Shown piece after piece: positions 1-8,426 of a DNA stretch of 32,000 bases. The position numbers and the translations under genes are program-made. The first letter of the stretch is position 1, and every line of letters starts with the position of its first letter. This DNA comes from Candidatus Nanopusillus acidilobi (GTDB lineage: Archaea > Nanobdellota > Nanobdellia > Nanobdellales > Nanobdellaceae): positions 573,888 to 605,887 of the forward strand of contig CP010514.1 of NCBI GenBank assembly GCA_001552015.1. The letters run 5' to 3'. The notes under the pieces were generated by a model. It was not told where the DNA came from. It worked only from the letters and a program-made list of their open reading frames with translations, and searched no databases.

Positions 1-322
1 AGTAAAATTAGAAAATTTATTAAATGAATTAGATAGATTAATTATTGAATATGACAAAGAATTGAAAGAAAGAGCAAGAAAATATTTTGAGAATAAAATA
101 TTAAAATTAGATAATTTAAAAGATCTAGAAAATAATTTAGATAAAAATGTAGCATTTAAAGTTCCTTTCTGTATGAGAGAAGAATGCGCAAAAAATATTA
201 AAGAAAAATATTCATTAGAAGTAAGAGGAACTGATATTATACCAGAAGATTCGAAAAATAAAAAATGTATATTTTGTAATAATGATGCAAAATATTATGT
301 ATATATAGGAAAAAGCTATTAG
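1..322 (+). CDS. proS: Prolyl-tRNA synthetase, C-terminal end (partial, runs off window start)
   Basis: Frame is open from position 2 (upstream of the listed TTG start). C-terminal zinc-like pattern 'FKVPFCMREECAKNIKEKYSLEVRGTD...CIFCNNDAKYYVYIGKSY' matches the C-terminus of archaeal ProRS. Confidence 0.85.
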   Translation, partial: VKLENLLNELDRLIIEYDKELKERARKYFENKILKLDNLKDLENNLDKNVAFKVPFCMREECAKNIKEKYSLEVRGTDIIPEDSKNKKCIFCNNDAKYYVYIGKSY

Positions 323-323
323 T

Positions 324-554
324 GTGGCCGTAGGCTGCTTTTAGTATATATTCTTCTAAGCGGACAAGCCTTGTACCGCCAGGACATACTTCTCAAGGTG
401 CATATACCCTCTCCAAGTTTACCCGGAGTTGCCTCCAGGTATTAACCATTCATCTTCATCGGATATATGTCCGTGATTTCTAGTTATGTAGCCAGGGGTT
501 TCCCCCTCCAATTCCTCGGTGGCTTTATCGGTAAGCAGACCTTCCTACGGCCAC
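324..554 (-). ncRNA. Structured non-coding RNA candidate, family not assigned
   Basis: GC-rich island in AT-rich surroundings. Terminal stem GTGGCCGTAGG (324-334) / CCTACGGCCAC (544-554), then CTGCTT (335-340 fwd) / AAGCAG (533-538). Read on the minus strand the internal hairpins have GNRA loops: UACCUGGAG-GCAA-CUCCGGGUA and GGGG-GAAA-CCCC. TATA-like TTTATATA lies about 26-34 nt upstream of the minus-strand 5' end. No ORF. Confidence 0.7.
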
Positions 555-591
555 TTTTCTTTTTTATATATTTCTTATAACTATATAAATT
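555..591. promoter_or_regulatory. Short divergent promoter region between the minus-strand ncRNA and the plus-strand secG-like gene
   Basis: 37-nt AT-rich spacer with TATA-like motifs (tttttatatatttc, ctatataaatt) between two divergent units. Confidence 0.45.
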
Positions 592-750
592 ATGCCTGAC
601 CAAATGCCTCTATTTACATACCTTGGATTATATAAGTTTGGAAAGGAAAAATCAAAAATAAAATTAAATAGAAATAAAATAATAATATTTATAATTATTT
701 TCGCGGCTCTAGTATATATTGCAAATATTTATATATCATGTCTAATTTAG
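592..750 (+). CDS. secG: Preprotein translocase Sec61 beta / SecG-like small protein
   Basis: 52-aa ORF missing from the supplied track: MPDQMPLFTYLGLYKFGKEKSKIKLNRNKIIIFIIIFAALVYIANIYISCLI*. 'GLYKF..EKSKIK' followed by one C-terminal TM helix is the Sec61beta layout. Confidence 0.6.
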   Translation: MPDQMPLFTYLGLYKFGKEKSKIKLNRNKIIIFIIIFAALVYIANIYISCLI

Positions 751-1190
751 AAGAAGATTTAGAATATAATAGAAGATATAAGGAAGTCTTACATATATTT
801 AATGTTTCATTAAAAAATAATAAAGGATTAGAGACTGTTAGAAGTTTTATAAAAGCAGTTATTGAATATTATGATTATGCAATTGAATTATATTTTAAGA
901 AATTATATGAAAATAAAATGATTGATGAAATTCCAGACAGTCCAATTAAAAGATATAGAAAAATAATTGAAATTACAAAGGATAAAGAACTTGAAGAATC
1001 ATTAAAATATTATAAACTATTAAAAATTGCTTTAAATTCTGATGCAAGGATAATGAATGAATATAGAAAAAGTATGGTTATAAAATTTAGGACATTGAGC
1101 GGGGAAGAATTTGAAATAAATATAAAAACATTAAAAGATATTGCAGAATCTGTTAAAAAATTTTCTACAATTATTAGTAAATATATATAA
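738..1190 (+). CDS. Hypothetical helical protein
   Basis: 150-aa ORF overlapping the upstream small ORF end and abutting the minD-like start (1190). Confidence 0.6.
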   Translation: MSNLEEDLEYNRRYKEVLHIFNVSLKNNKGLETVRSFIKAVIEYYDYAIELYFKKLYENKMIDEIPDSPIKRYRKIIEITKDKELEESLKYYKLLKIALNSDARIMNEYRKSMVIKFRTLSGEEFEINIKTLKDIAESVKKFSTIISKYI

Positions 1191-1945
1191 TGGCAAAGGT
1201 ATATACAATATCTTCTGGAAAAGGAGGTGTGGGAAAAACTTTCTTTTCTATAAACTTATCAAGAGCTCTCTCATTATTAAATTTTAAAACATTGTTAATT
1301 GATTTTAACTTAAGTACACCAAATGTATCAATAAATCTTGGATTAGGTAATGAAAATAACAATATACATAAATTTTTAAGAGGAGAAATTGATATAAAAG
1401 ACTGTATAAAGGAATATAAAGAAAATTTTTATATAATTCCTGGAAGTTTAGATATAAAAGATCTAATATATATTTCTACAGAAAAATTACATAATGGAAT
1501 AATGGAAATATATGATGATTTTGATTATATTATTATAGATTCTGCTGCTGGAATTGGTAAAGAAGCAGTAGAAGCATTAAAGGCTTCTGAAGAGGCAATA
1601 GTAATAACAAATGTTGAAAAATCATCATTAATAGATGCATATAGAGTTACAAAAGTATTAGATAGCTTGGATATAAAAACTTTTGGAATTGTTTTAAATA
1701 AAGTTAGAAGAAGAATAAATTATGTAAGAATTGAAAGATTTTTTAAAAAGCAAATAATCGGTATAATTCATTATGATGAAAATGTACAAATTTCAATGGA
1801 CAATGGTATACCTTTAATAGATTATGATATAAATTCTATAGCTTCTAAAGATATAATAGAAATTGTAGAAAAAATGACTGGAAAAGAATTAAAAGTTAAA
1901 AATAGATTTATAGACAATATATTAAAAATATTCGGATGGAAATAG
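1190..1945 (+). CDS. minD: MinD/ParA-family P-loop ATPase
   Basis: Deviant Walker A 'SGKGGVGKTFFSINLS'; 'DYIIIDSAAGIGKEAVEAL'; 'VTNVEKSSLIDAYRV'. Confidence 0.88.
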   Translation: MAKVYTISSGKGGVGKTFFSINLSRALSLLNFKTLLIDFNLSTPNVSINLGLGNENNNIHKFLRGEIDIKDCIKEYKENFYIIPGSLDIKDLIYISTEKLHNGIMEIYDDFDYIIIDSAAGIGKEAVEALKASEEAIVITNVEKSSLIDAYRVTKVLDSLDIKTFGIVLNKVRRRINYVRIERFFKKQIIGIIHYDENVQISMDNGIPLIDYDINSIASKDIIEIVEKMTGKELKVKNRFIDNILKIFGWK

Positions 1946-2208
1946 ATTTTGAATTAGATAAAATATTTGAAACATTGGATAGAAAAAAATATAAAAAAAT
2001 ATTATTGCAATTTCCTGATGGATTAAAACCATATTCTAAAGAAATATACGATAAAATAAAGGAAAAATATAAAGATATAGAAATATATATTTGGTTTGGA
2101 TCTGATTTCGGTGGATGTGATATACCAATATATTTAGATAAATATGGATTTGATTTAATAATTCATTTTGGCCATTCAAAATTTTATAAATTAAAATTGG
2201 ATGAATAA
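1936..2208 (+). CDS. Diphthamide synthase Dph2 N-terminal domain only (90 aa)
   Basis: 'KKILLQFPDGLKPYSKEI...WFGSDFGGCDIPIYLDKYGFDLIIHFGHSKF' matches Dph2 domain 1 including the first cluster Cys; full archaeal Dph2 is over 300 aa. Confidence 0.75.
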   Translation: MEIDFELDKIFETLDRKKYKKILLQFPDGLKPYSKEIYDKIKEKYKDIEIYIWFGSDFGGCDIPIYLDKYGFDLIIHFGHSKFYKLKLDE

Positions 2209-2437
2209 TAACTTACTTTTAATTTTATCAATTATTTTTCTATTTATTTCAATAATTTTATTACTTATTTTCTCATTATCCAATTCTTCTAATACAAAAT
2301 TTGCTGGATTAATATTAATAGGTCCAATACCAATATTAATATCAAATTCTTATCAACTATCAATTATATTATTAATTATTTTATTGATTATTATTTTGAT
2401 TATTCTTATTATCTTCTTCTACAAGATAATCATATAA
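2201..2437 (+). CDS. Small membrane protein, DUF131/TIGR00304-like
   Basis: Two hydrophobic helices around 'KFAGLILIGPIPILISNSYQL'. Confidence 0.6.
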   Translation: MNNNLLLILSIIFLFISIILLLIFSLSNSSNTKFAGLILIGPIPILISNSYQLSIILLIILLIIILIILIIFFYKIII

Positions 2438-3070
2438 TTCCTTTAAATTTCTAAATACCATTGTAGCACCAGCAGAAATCAATTCTCTCTTTTTATTTAC
2501 ACCACTAGCAACACCTATTACATTTATTCCAGCTCTCTTTGCAGCAATAATACCATATATAGAATCTTCTATTGCTAATATTTCATTTGGTAATAGAGAA
2601 AATCCTTTTACTATTTTAATATAACCCTCTGGGTCTGGTTTTGGTTGTTTTACATCATCAGAAGTTATTATAACATCAAATAAATTATCTACATGTAAAT
2701 GCTTTAATACCTCCATTGTTAATCTTCTAGTATTTGAAGTAAAAATTGCTATTTTATATTTTTTATCCTTAAAATAATTTAATATTTGTTTTGCCCCGGG
2801 ATTAAATTTTATTTTTTCTATATATTCATTTAACAACATATTTTCAAATTCTTTCCTTATATCTTCAATTGATATATTTAAATTATATTTCCTTATTATA
2901 TTATATATTATATCTTCTATAGGCATTCCAGAATTATCTAAAGAACCTTCTATCTTTACATTATATCTTTCTAATATCTTTTTATGGACCTCATCATAAA
3001 CTTTTAAGCTATTTATAAGTGTCCCATCCAGATCAAGTATTACTCCCTTTAAATTGTAAAATATGACCAT
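2381..3070 (-). CDS. HAD-superfamily hydrolase (phosphoglycolate phosphatase / beta-PGM-like)
   Basis: 'GVILDLDGTLINS', 'IAIFTSNTR', 'KPDPEGYIK', 'ILAIEDSIYGIIAAKRAGINVIGV'. Confidence 0.88.
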   Translation of the reverse strand: MVIFYNLKGVILDLDGTLINSLKVYDEVHKKILERYNVKIEGSLDNSGMPIEDIIYNIIRKYNLNISIEDIRKEFENMLLNEYIEKIKFNPGAKQILNYFKDKKYKIAIFTSNTRRLTMEVLKHLHVDNLFDVIITSDDVKQPKPDPEGYIKIVKGFSLLPNEILAIEDSIYGIIAAKRAGINVIGVASGVNKKRELISAGATMVFRNLKELYDYLVEEDNKNNQNNNQ

Positions 3071-3108
3071 AATTATAATATTTTAAAGAAAGATATAAAA
3101 TAATTAAT

Positions 3109-4149
3109 ATGATCAAAATAAGAGAACAGATAAAGGATATAATAATTAATAATTATATTAAAGAAGGTAAAGATCCATTTGATTCTATAATTGGACAAGA
3201 AAATGCAAAGAGACAAATATTATCTTCATTAATTTCTGGAAGAAATATATTAATAATAGGGCCTCCAGGTACTGGAAAAACAACTTTAGCAAAAAATATA
3301 GCAAAATTACTACCAGAAATTGATTTTCCAGATGGAATTCCATTATGGGCTTATGAAGAATTTCCTTTTGTATCTGAAGAATATAGAAAAAAATGGAAAG
3401 AAGGTCCTTTTATAAAAATAAAGGGAGAAGATAGATTTATTAGAATACAGGGTTCTTATGATCTATCTGTAGAAGATCTGATTGGAGATATTGATCCTTC
3501 AAAAGCATTAAAATATGGTATACATTCTTTAGAATCTTTTATACCTGGAAAAATATTTAGAGCACACCATGGTGTATTATTTTTTGATGAAATAAATAGA
3601 GCACCTCCAAAGGTTCAAAATAGTTTATTAGAATTATTAGAAGAAAAGAAAATAACAATTGGGACATATGAATTTCAAATACCATTAGATATAATATTTA
3701 TTGCTACAATGAATCCTGAAAGTTATTACGGAACTGAAAAAATATCAGATGTATTATTAGATAGATTTGATATAATAAATTTAGATTATCCAAAAGATAT
3801 TGAAGAAGAAAAGAAGATTATATTAAAATATGGAAAAAATTTGAATGTTAATTTTCCTGAAAAATTATTGGAATTAACAATTGAATTTATACAAAAATTG
3901 AGAAAAGATGATAAATTAGAAAAGAAACCATCGGTTAGGTCTTCAATTGGTATTTATGAAAAAGCTCAGGCTTTGGCAATAATAGATAAAAAAGAAAATG
4001 TTGAAATTCAACATATATTTGAGGCTTTACTATCAATATTACCACATAGGATAAGATTAAAACCATCATATAAAATGGAAATAAATGAAGAAGAATATAT
4101 AAAAAAGGAGTGGAATTCTTTTATAATAGGGAAAGACTTTCGGAGTTGA
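3109..4149 (+). CDS. MoxR / Mg-chelatase-like AAA+ ATPase
   Basis: Walker A 'GPPGTGKTTLAKNIA', Walker B 'GVLFFDEINRA', 'IFIATMNPESYYGTEKISDVLLDRFD'. Confidence 0.88.
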   Translation: MIKIREQIKDIIINNYIKEGKDPFDSIIGQENAKRQILSSLISGRNILIIGPPGTGKTTLAKNIAKLLPEIDFPDGIPLWAYEEFPFVSEEYRKKWKEGPFIKIKGEDRFIRIQGSYDLSVEDLIGDIDPSKALKYGIHSLESFIPGKIFRAHHGVLFFDEINRAPPKVQNSLLELLEEKKITIGTYEFQIPLDIIFIATMNPESYYGTEKISDVLLDRFDIINLDYPKDIEEEKKIILKYGKNLNVNFPEKLLELTIEFIQKLRKDDKLEKKPSVRSSIGIYEKAQALAIIDKKENVEIQHIFEALLSILPHRIRLKPSYKMEINEEEYIKKEWNSFIIGKDFRS

Positions 4150-4237
4150 TTCAGAAAATTTAATAAGAAGACCTGGAGAATCATTTAAATATAGTTCAAA
4201 GGAAATTAAGAAAAATATAAATGAATTAATTGAAAAA

Positions 4238-5221
4238 ATGATAAAAGAAGGATATCCAATATTTGATATAGATAAAATTATGGAAAATAAAAAAGAATAT
4301 TCTGAGATATTATCAAAGCTAACTGAATATGATGAAAAAAGAATAAGAGAGGATAAGGATTATAGATTTAATAAAGAATTTAAGAAATCATTGAATAAAT
4401 TAAAGGAAATATTAACTAGTGAAGGATATATAGATGAAAATGGAGAATTAACTGAGAAATCTTTAATTGAATATTCTAAATATTTAATAGGAAATATAGA
4501 AAAGGAAATCGAAGGGATATTTGAATATGGAAAATATTTATCAAATTATATTGGAAATGATGAGGAATTTTATAATAAATATTTTAGTATAGGAGATAAA
4601 TATAATAAAATTGATATAAAAGAAACAATAAGAAATTATATAAAGAATAAAGAAGTTACAAGATTTGTTGTTAATGTTAAAAGAGAAAATAAAGGTGGTA
4701 AATATATAATTCTATTAGATGTATCTGGAAGTATGATTGGGGAAAAAATATTTGAAGCAAAAAAAGCTTTAATATTATTAATATCAAAGATATTAGAAGA
4801 TAATAATCTTTTAGATATAATATTATTTAATGATAAGATTGTTAAAGAATATGATAATGTTAGAGGATTAAAGGATATAATAGATATATTAAAAATTATA
4901 CCAAATGGAAGCACAGATATTGCCTTAGCATTTAATTATTTATTAAATAAAGAAGAAAATGGACATATAATATTAATAACCGATGCATTACCAACAAAGG
5001 GAAAAAATCCTGTAGAAAGAACTTTAAAGTTAGCTAAAGAATTAAGCCAATATTATTATATATCAATAATTGGAATACAATTAAATGATGAAGGAGAAAA
5101 AATTGCAAAGGAAATAGTAAAATATGGAAGAGGAAGATTATTTATTTCTAAAGATATAAAAGATTTGAAAAAACTATTATTATTAGAATACGAAATATCT
5201 AGACAACAGATGATAAAATAA
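4238..5221 (+). CDS. VWA (MIDAS) domain protein, partner of the AAA+ ATPase; true N-terminus probably further upstream
   Basis: MIDAS 'YIILLDVSGSMIG' and 'STDIALAF'. The same frame is open from 4130 and reads 'GKTFGVDSENLIRRPGESFKYSSKEIKKNINELIEK' before the first ATG. Confidence 0.8.
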   Translation: MIKEGYPIFDIDKIMENKKEYSEILSKLTEYDEKRIREDKDYRFNKEFKKSLNKLKEILTSEGYIDENGELTEKSLIEYSKYLIGNIEKEIEGIFEYGKYLSNYIGNDEEFYNKYFSIGDKYNKIDIKETIRNYIKNKEVTRFVVNVKRENKGGKYIILLDVSGSMIGEKIFEAKKALILLISKILEDNNLLDIILFNDKIVKEYDNVRGLKDIIDILKIIPNGSTDIALAFNYLLNKEENGHIILITDALPTKGKNPVERTLKLAKELSQYYYISIIGIQLNDEGEKIAKEIVKYGRGRLFISKDIKDLKKLLLLEYEISRQQMIK

Positions 5222-5756
5222 TTTCTTCAGGTTTATTTTCCCCTATATATTTCTTATATTTTCCTGATAATTTCTTTCTTGCAATATCTAGATAGAAACT
5301 TATTCTGTTTGTAAATTCTGGTTTATTGTAATATATTGATAAAATAATATCTTTATAGAATACTTGAGCAGCTCTTGTATATGGTTTTCCAAATGCATGT
5401 CTCATTCCTTGTGAAATTCTATCTGCACCTGCACCATATACCAATGCATGTTCTCTTACAACATGATGAGGGTATTTTCTTACAATAAATAAAAATTCTT
5501 TTACTTCATTTTCTAAATATTTTAATATATTGGTTCTTACAGCTTCTAAGGAATAATCAGATACCTGAACATTATGTAATGCAATTAAATGAGCAGCATA
5601 TTTCCATTGATCCTTTGGTATGTTTATCATTCCCATAATCTGCATCCTTAATTTTGGTACTGGAGCACCTGGAATTTTATTATATGATTTACTATATGAA
5701 AATCTTGTATATGGTCTTTCTATTTCCTTAAATATTCTCCAGGGTCTCTTTGCCAT
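5199..5756 (-). CDS. rpl10e: Ribosomal protein L10e (uL16)
   Basis: 'MAKRPWRIFKEIERPYTRFSYSKSYNKIPGAPVPKLRMQIMG', 'VREHALVYGAGADRISQGMRHAFGKP'. Confidence 0.93.
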   Translation of the reverse strand: MAKRPWRIFKEIERPYTRFSYSKSYNKIPGAPVPKLRMQIMGMINIPKDQWKYAAHLIALHNVQVSDYSLEAVRTNILKYLENEVKEFLFIVRKYPHHVVREHALVYGAGADRISQGMRHAFGKPYTRAAQVFYKDIILSIYYNKPEFTNRISFYLDIARKKLSGKYKKYIGENKPEEIILSSVV

Positions 5757-5757
5757 T

Positions 5758-6237
5758 TTATATCATTTTCTTTAATAATATATTTATATCTTTTCCATAG
5801 TACCCATATGCACCACCCTGACTATATGGAACTTTTATACCTCTTCTTGGATAACCCTTTGATGGAGTTTTTAGTCTAAATATATTTTTTATTTTTGGTA
5901 TTGAATCTAAATCTATTTCATTATTTAATAATTTTTCAACAAATGTATCAATATCCATATTTAATGTTTGCTTAATATAATCTTCAGTTAATCTTTTATT
6001 TCCTTCCAATCTTCCTCTCTTTAATAATAATTCCTTTAATGTTTCCTTATCTATTTCCCCCCATGCAACCCATGGTTCTACTTTTTTTATCATTCCTCTT
6101 ATATCTTTTGTATCCTTCATTATTACTGCATAATTATTTCTTCTTAATCTTAACAAATATAATGTATCTTTTATTTCTTTATTTGCCTTAACAGTTCCTT
6201 TTATCCTTACAATTGCTAATAATCCCATTTTATACAA
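5758..6237 (-). CDS. rpl30p: Ribosomal protein uL30
   Basis: 'MGLLAIVRIKGTVKANKEIKDTLYLLRLRRNNYAVI' and C-terminal 'LKTPSKGYPRRGIKVPYSQGGAYGYYG'. Confidence 0.92.
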   Translation of the reverse strand: MYKMGLLAIVRIKGTVKANKEIKDTLYLLRLRRNNYAVIMKDTKDIRGMIKKVEPWVAWGEIDKETLKELLLKRGRLEGNKRLTEDYIKQTLNMDIDTFVEKLLNNEIDLDSIPKIKNIFRLKTPSKGYPRRGIKVPYSQGGAYGYYGKDINILLKKMI

Positions 6238-6988
6238 ATCCTATCTTTAATCCTGAATATTTGGCATATTCCTCTTTAATTCTATATCCTACTGTTTTTC
6301 TTAATGCATTATAAACTGCCATTGCAAAATTATATCTTTTTCTAGTTTGTCCAAAAGATTTCATCCATAGATCTTTTATACCAGCTAATCTAAATATCTT
6401 TTTCATTTCTTCAGGTGCTACCAATCCAACTCCTCTTGGAGCTGGTAATAATACAACTCTTACAGAACCAAAAGATCCTTCAACTTTAAATGGTAAAGAA
6501 TGGGGAGTTTTAAATGCACATTCCCATGATCCACAACCTCTTGCAATCGGTATAATATTCAATTTTGCATTTCTTAACGCTTTTTCCATACATAAAGCAA
6601 TATCAGAAGACTTTCCAATCCCTACTCCAACATATCCATTTTCATTTCCAACAACAGCAACAGAAACCCATGATGTTTTATTACCTTCAGCAGTTTTTCT
6701 TTGAACCATTTTTACAAATTTTGGCCTTCTATATTTACCTTTAGACAATGATAATCTAATATATTCATATTTTAAATCTGGTATTAATGCATCTACAATT
6801 TCTGGTTCTAATATTTTATATCCATTTTTAAATACTTGCTCAATTGAATTTATTTTTCCTTCCTTTACCAATTTACCAAGATTTGTTTTTGGATTCCAAG
6901 ATTCTATATTAAACTTTTGCGATCCTATTTTTTCTAAAGCCTCCTGTTCCTTTTTTACTTCTTCAGCTTCTTTTTGTTCTTCTACCAT
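6230..6988 (-). CDS. rps5p: Ribosomal protein uS5
   Basis: 'VAVVGNENGYVGVGIGKSSDIALCMEKALRNAKLNIIPIARGCGSWEC...PHSLPFKVEGSFGSVRVVLLPAPRGVGLVA'. Confidence 0.95.
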   Translation of the reverse strand: MVEEQKEAEEVKKEQEALEKIGSQKFNIESWNPKTNLGKLVKEGKINSIEQVFKNGYKILEPEIVDALIPDLKYEYIRLSLSKGKYRRPKFVKMVQRKTAEGNKTSWVSVAVVGNENGYVGVGIGKSSDIALCMEKALRNAKLNIIPIARGCGSWECAFKTPHSLPFKVEGSFGSVRVVLLPAPRGVGLVAPEEMKKIFRLAGIKDLWMKSFGQTRKRYNFAMAVYNALRKTVGYRIKEEYAKYSGLKIGFV

Positions 6989-7146
6989 TTTCTTTTAAAT
7001 TTATATGACCATACATAGGCCCTTATTTTACTACTTCTTCCAAATCCACAATGTGAGCAATATCCCTTATCAGGATTATATGTTTTTCTACCACATCTTC
7101 TGCATATAACATGATTTACTTTGTTTGTACCACCCAATCTTGTCAT
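6982..7146 (-). CDS. rpl37e: Ribosomal protein eL37 (L37e)
   Basis: Small ORF missing from the track: MTRLGGTNKVNHVICRRCGRKTYNPDKGYCSHCGFGRSSKIRAYVWSYKFKRKW*. CxxC...CxxCGFG zinc finger typical of L37e; overlaps the uS5 start. Confidence 0.9.
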   Translation of the reverse strand: MTRLGGTNKVNHVICRRCGRKTYNPDKGYCSHCGFGRSSKIRAYVWSYKFKRKW

Positions 7147-7201
7147 TTAATGATAATATAAAGAAATATTTTTAAAGTAAATAAGGAAGTTAGAATAATC
7201 A

Positions 7202-8260
7202 ATGAATATAGATATATCAATAATAATACCAACATTAAATGAAAAAGAAAATATTAATGAATTAGTAAAAAGAATAAGAGAAAGCTTAAATGATATAAAT
7301 TATGAAATAATTTTTGTAGATGATGGATCAAAAGATGGAACAATTGAAGAAATAGAAAAATTAAAAAAGGAATATAAAAATATAAAACTTGTTGAAAGAG
7401 GATATAAAAAAGGTTTATCATCTGCTTTTTTAGATGGAGTAAAATATTCTAATGGAAAATATGTTGTATTAATGGATGCTGATCTACAACATCCTCCAGA
7501 ATTATTAAAAACAATGTATGAAAAGGCTTTGGAGAGTTATGATTTAGTTATTGCATCTAGATATATTAAAGGAGGAAAAATAGAGAATTGGAATATTTTA
7601 AGAGAATTTATATCAAAAACAGCAATATTTATTGCATATATTTTTCTACCAGAAACATTAAAAGTAAAGGATCCATTAAGTGGATATTTTTTAATAAAGA
7701 AAGATCTGTTAAATAATTTTAATGTTTCTGATCCATTTAGTTATAAGGTTCTATTAGATATATTAGTAAAAGTAAATTATAATAAATTAATAGAAATTCC
7801 ATATACATTTGAAGAAAGAAAACATGGAAAATCTAAATTGGGCAAAAAAGTAATTTTTTCATATTTAAAGCAGGTTTTCTTATTATTTAATATTTCTCAA
7901 TTTATAAAGTTCTATTTAGTAGGATTATCTGGAATTTTTATTAACCTATTAACTTTATACTTATTGATCTCTTATCTTCCATTTTATATTTCTTCTTTTT
8001 TAGCAATTTTAGTTTCAATTATATGGAATTTCATCCTAAATGATTTGTTTGTATTTAAAATTAAGAAGAAAAAACTTTGGAAAAGATTTTTATTATTTGT
8101 TGGAGGAAGAGGCTTATTATCAAAACCTGTTCAATATTTATCGGCCTTATTATTTTATTATGTATTTGAAATAAACTACTTGATATCACAACTTCTTGCA
8201 ATATTTATTGCTTCTATAATTAATTGGGTCTTTACAAAAGGTATTGTTTATGAAAAGTAA
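7202..8260 (+). CDS. Dolichyl-phosphate mannosyltransferase-like GT2 glycosyltransferase fused to GtrA-like membrane domain
   Basis: 'ISIIIPTLNEKENINELVKRI', 'VLMDADLQHPPELL', 'DPLSGYFLIKK', followed by four predicted TM segments of GtrA type. Confidence 0.9.
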   Translation: MNIDISIIIPTLNEKENINELVKRIRESLNDINYEIIFVDDGSKDGTIEEIEKLKKEYKNIKLVERGYKKGLSSAFLDGVKYSNGKYVVLMDADLQHPPELLKTMYEKALESYDLVIASRYIKGGKIENWNILREFISKTAIFIAYIFLPETLKVKDPLSGYFLIKKDLLNNFNVSDPFSYKVLLDILVKVNYNKLIEIPYTFEERKHGKSKLGKKVIFSYLKQVFLLFNISQFIKFYLVGLSGIFINLLTLYLLISYLPFYISSFLAILVSIIWNFILNDLFVFKIKKKKLWKRFLLFVGGRGLLSKPVQYLSALLFYYVFEINYLISQLLAIFIASIINWVFTKGIVYEK

Positions 8261-8426
8261 ATTTATAAATTCCAGAGAGTAATATATAGGTTACTTTTAT
8301 GGAAAGATAAAAAGAGATTATAATACGCCTTTGAAAAATATAAACTTTACTTTAATTAAATTTTATAAATGGATTTTTAAGATTTATTTTATCATAATAA
8401 AAAATATTTATAATATTGATAACCTG

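Noticed and set aside
324-554. Naming the structured RNA as SRP RNA or RNase P RNA
   Set aside because: Size and closed ends are suggestive, but I could not find the diagnostic SRP helix 8 or RNase P CR-I/CR-V sequences by eye on either strand, so only an unassigned call is supported.
1174-1362. 62-aa minus-strand ORF
   Set aside because: Antisense to the well-supported minD-like gene; no recognisable family.
2201-2437. Reading the downstream ORF as a frameshifted continuation of Dph2
   Set aside because: It is a two-TM protein with 'GLILIGPIPI' (DUF131-like) and contains no Dph2 domain 2/3 motifs.
4636-4914. 92-aa minus-strand ORF
   Set aside because: Lies fully antisense to the VWA gene; composition artifact of AT-rich coding sequence.
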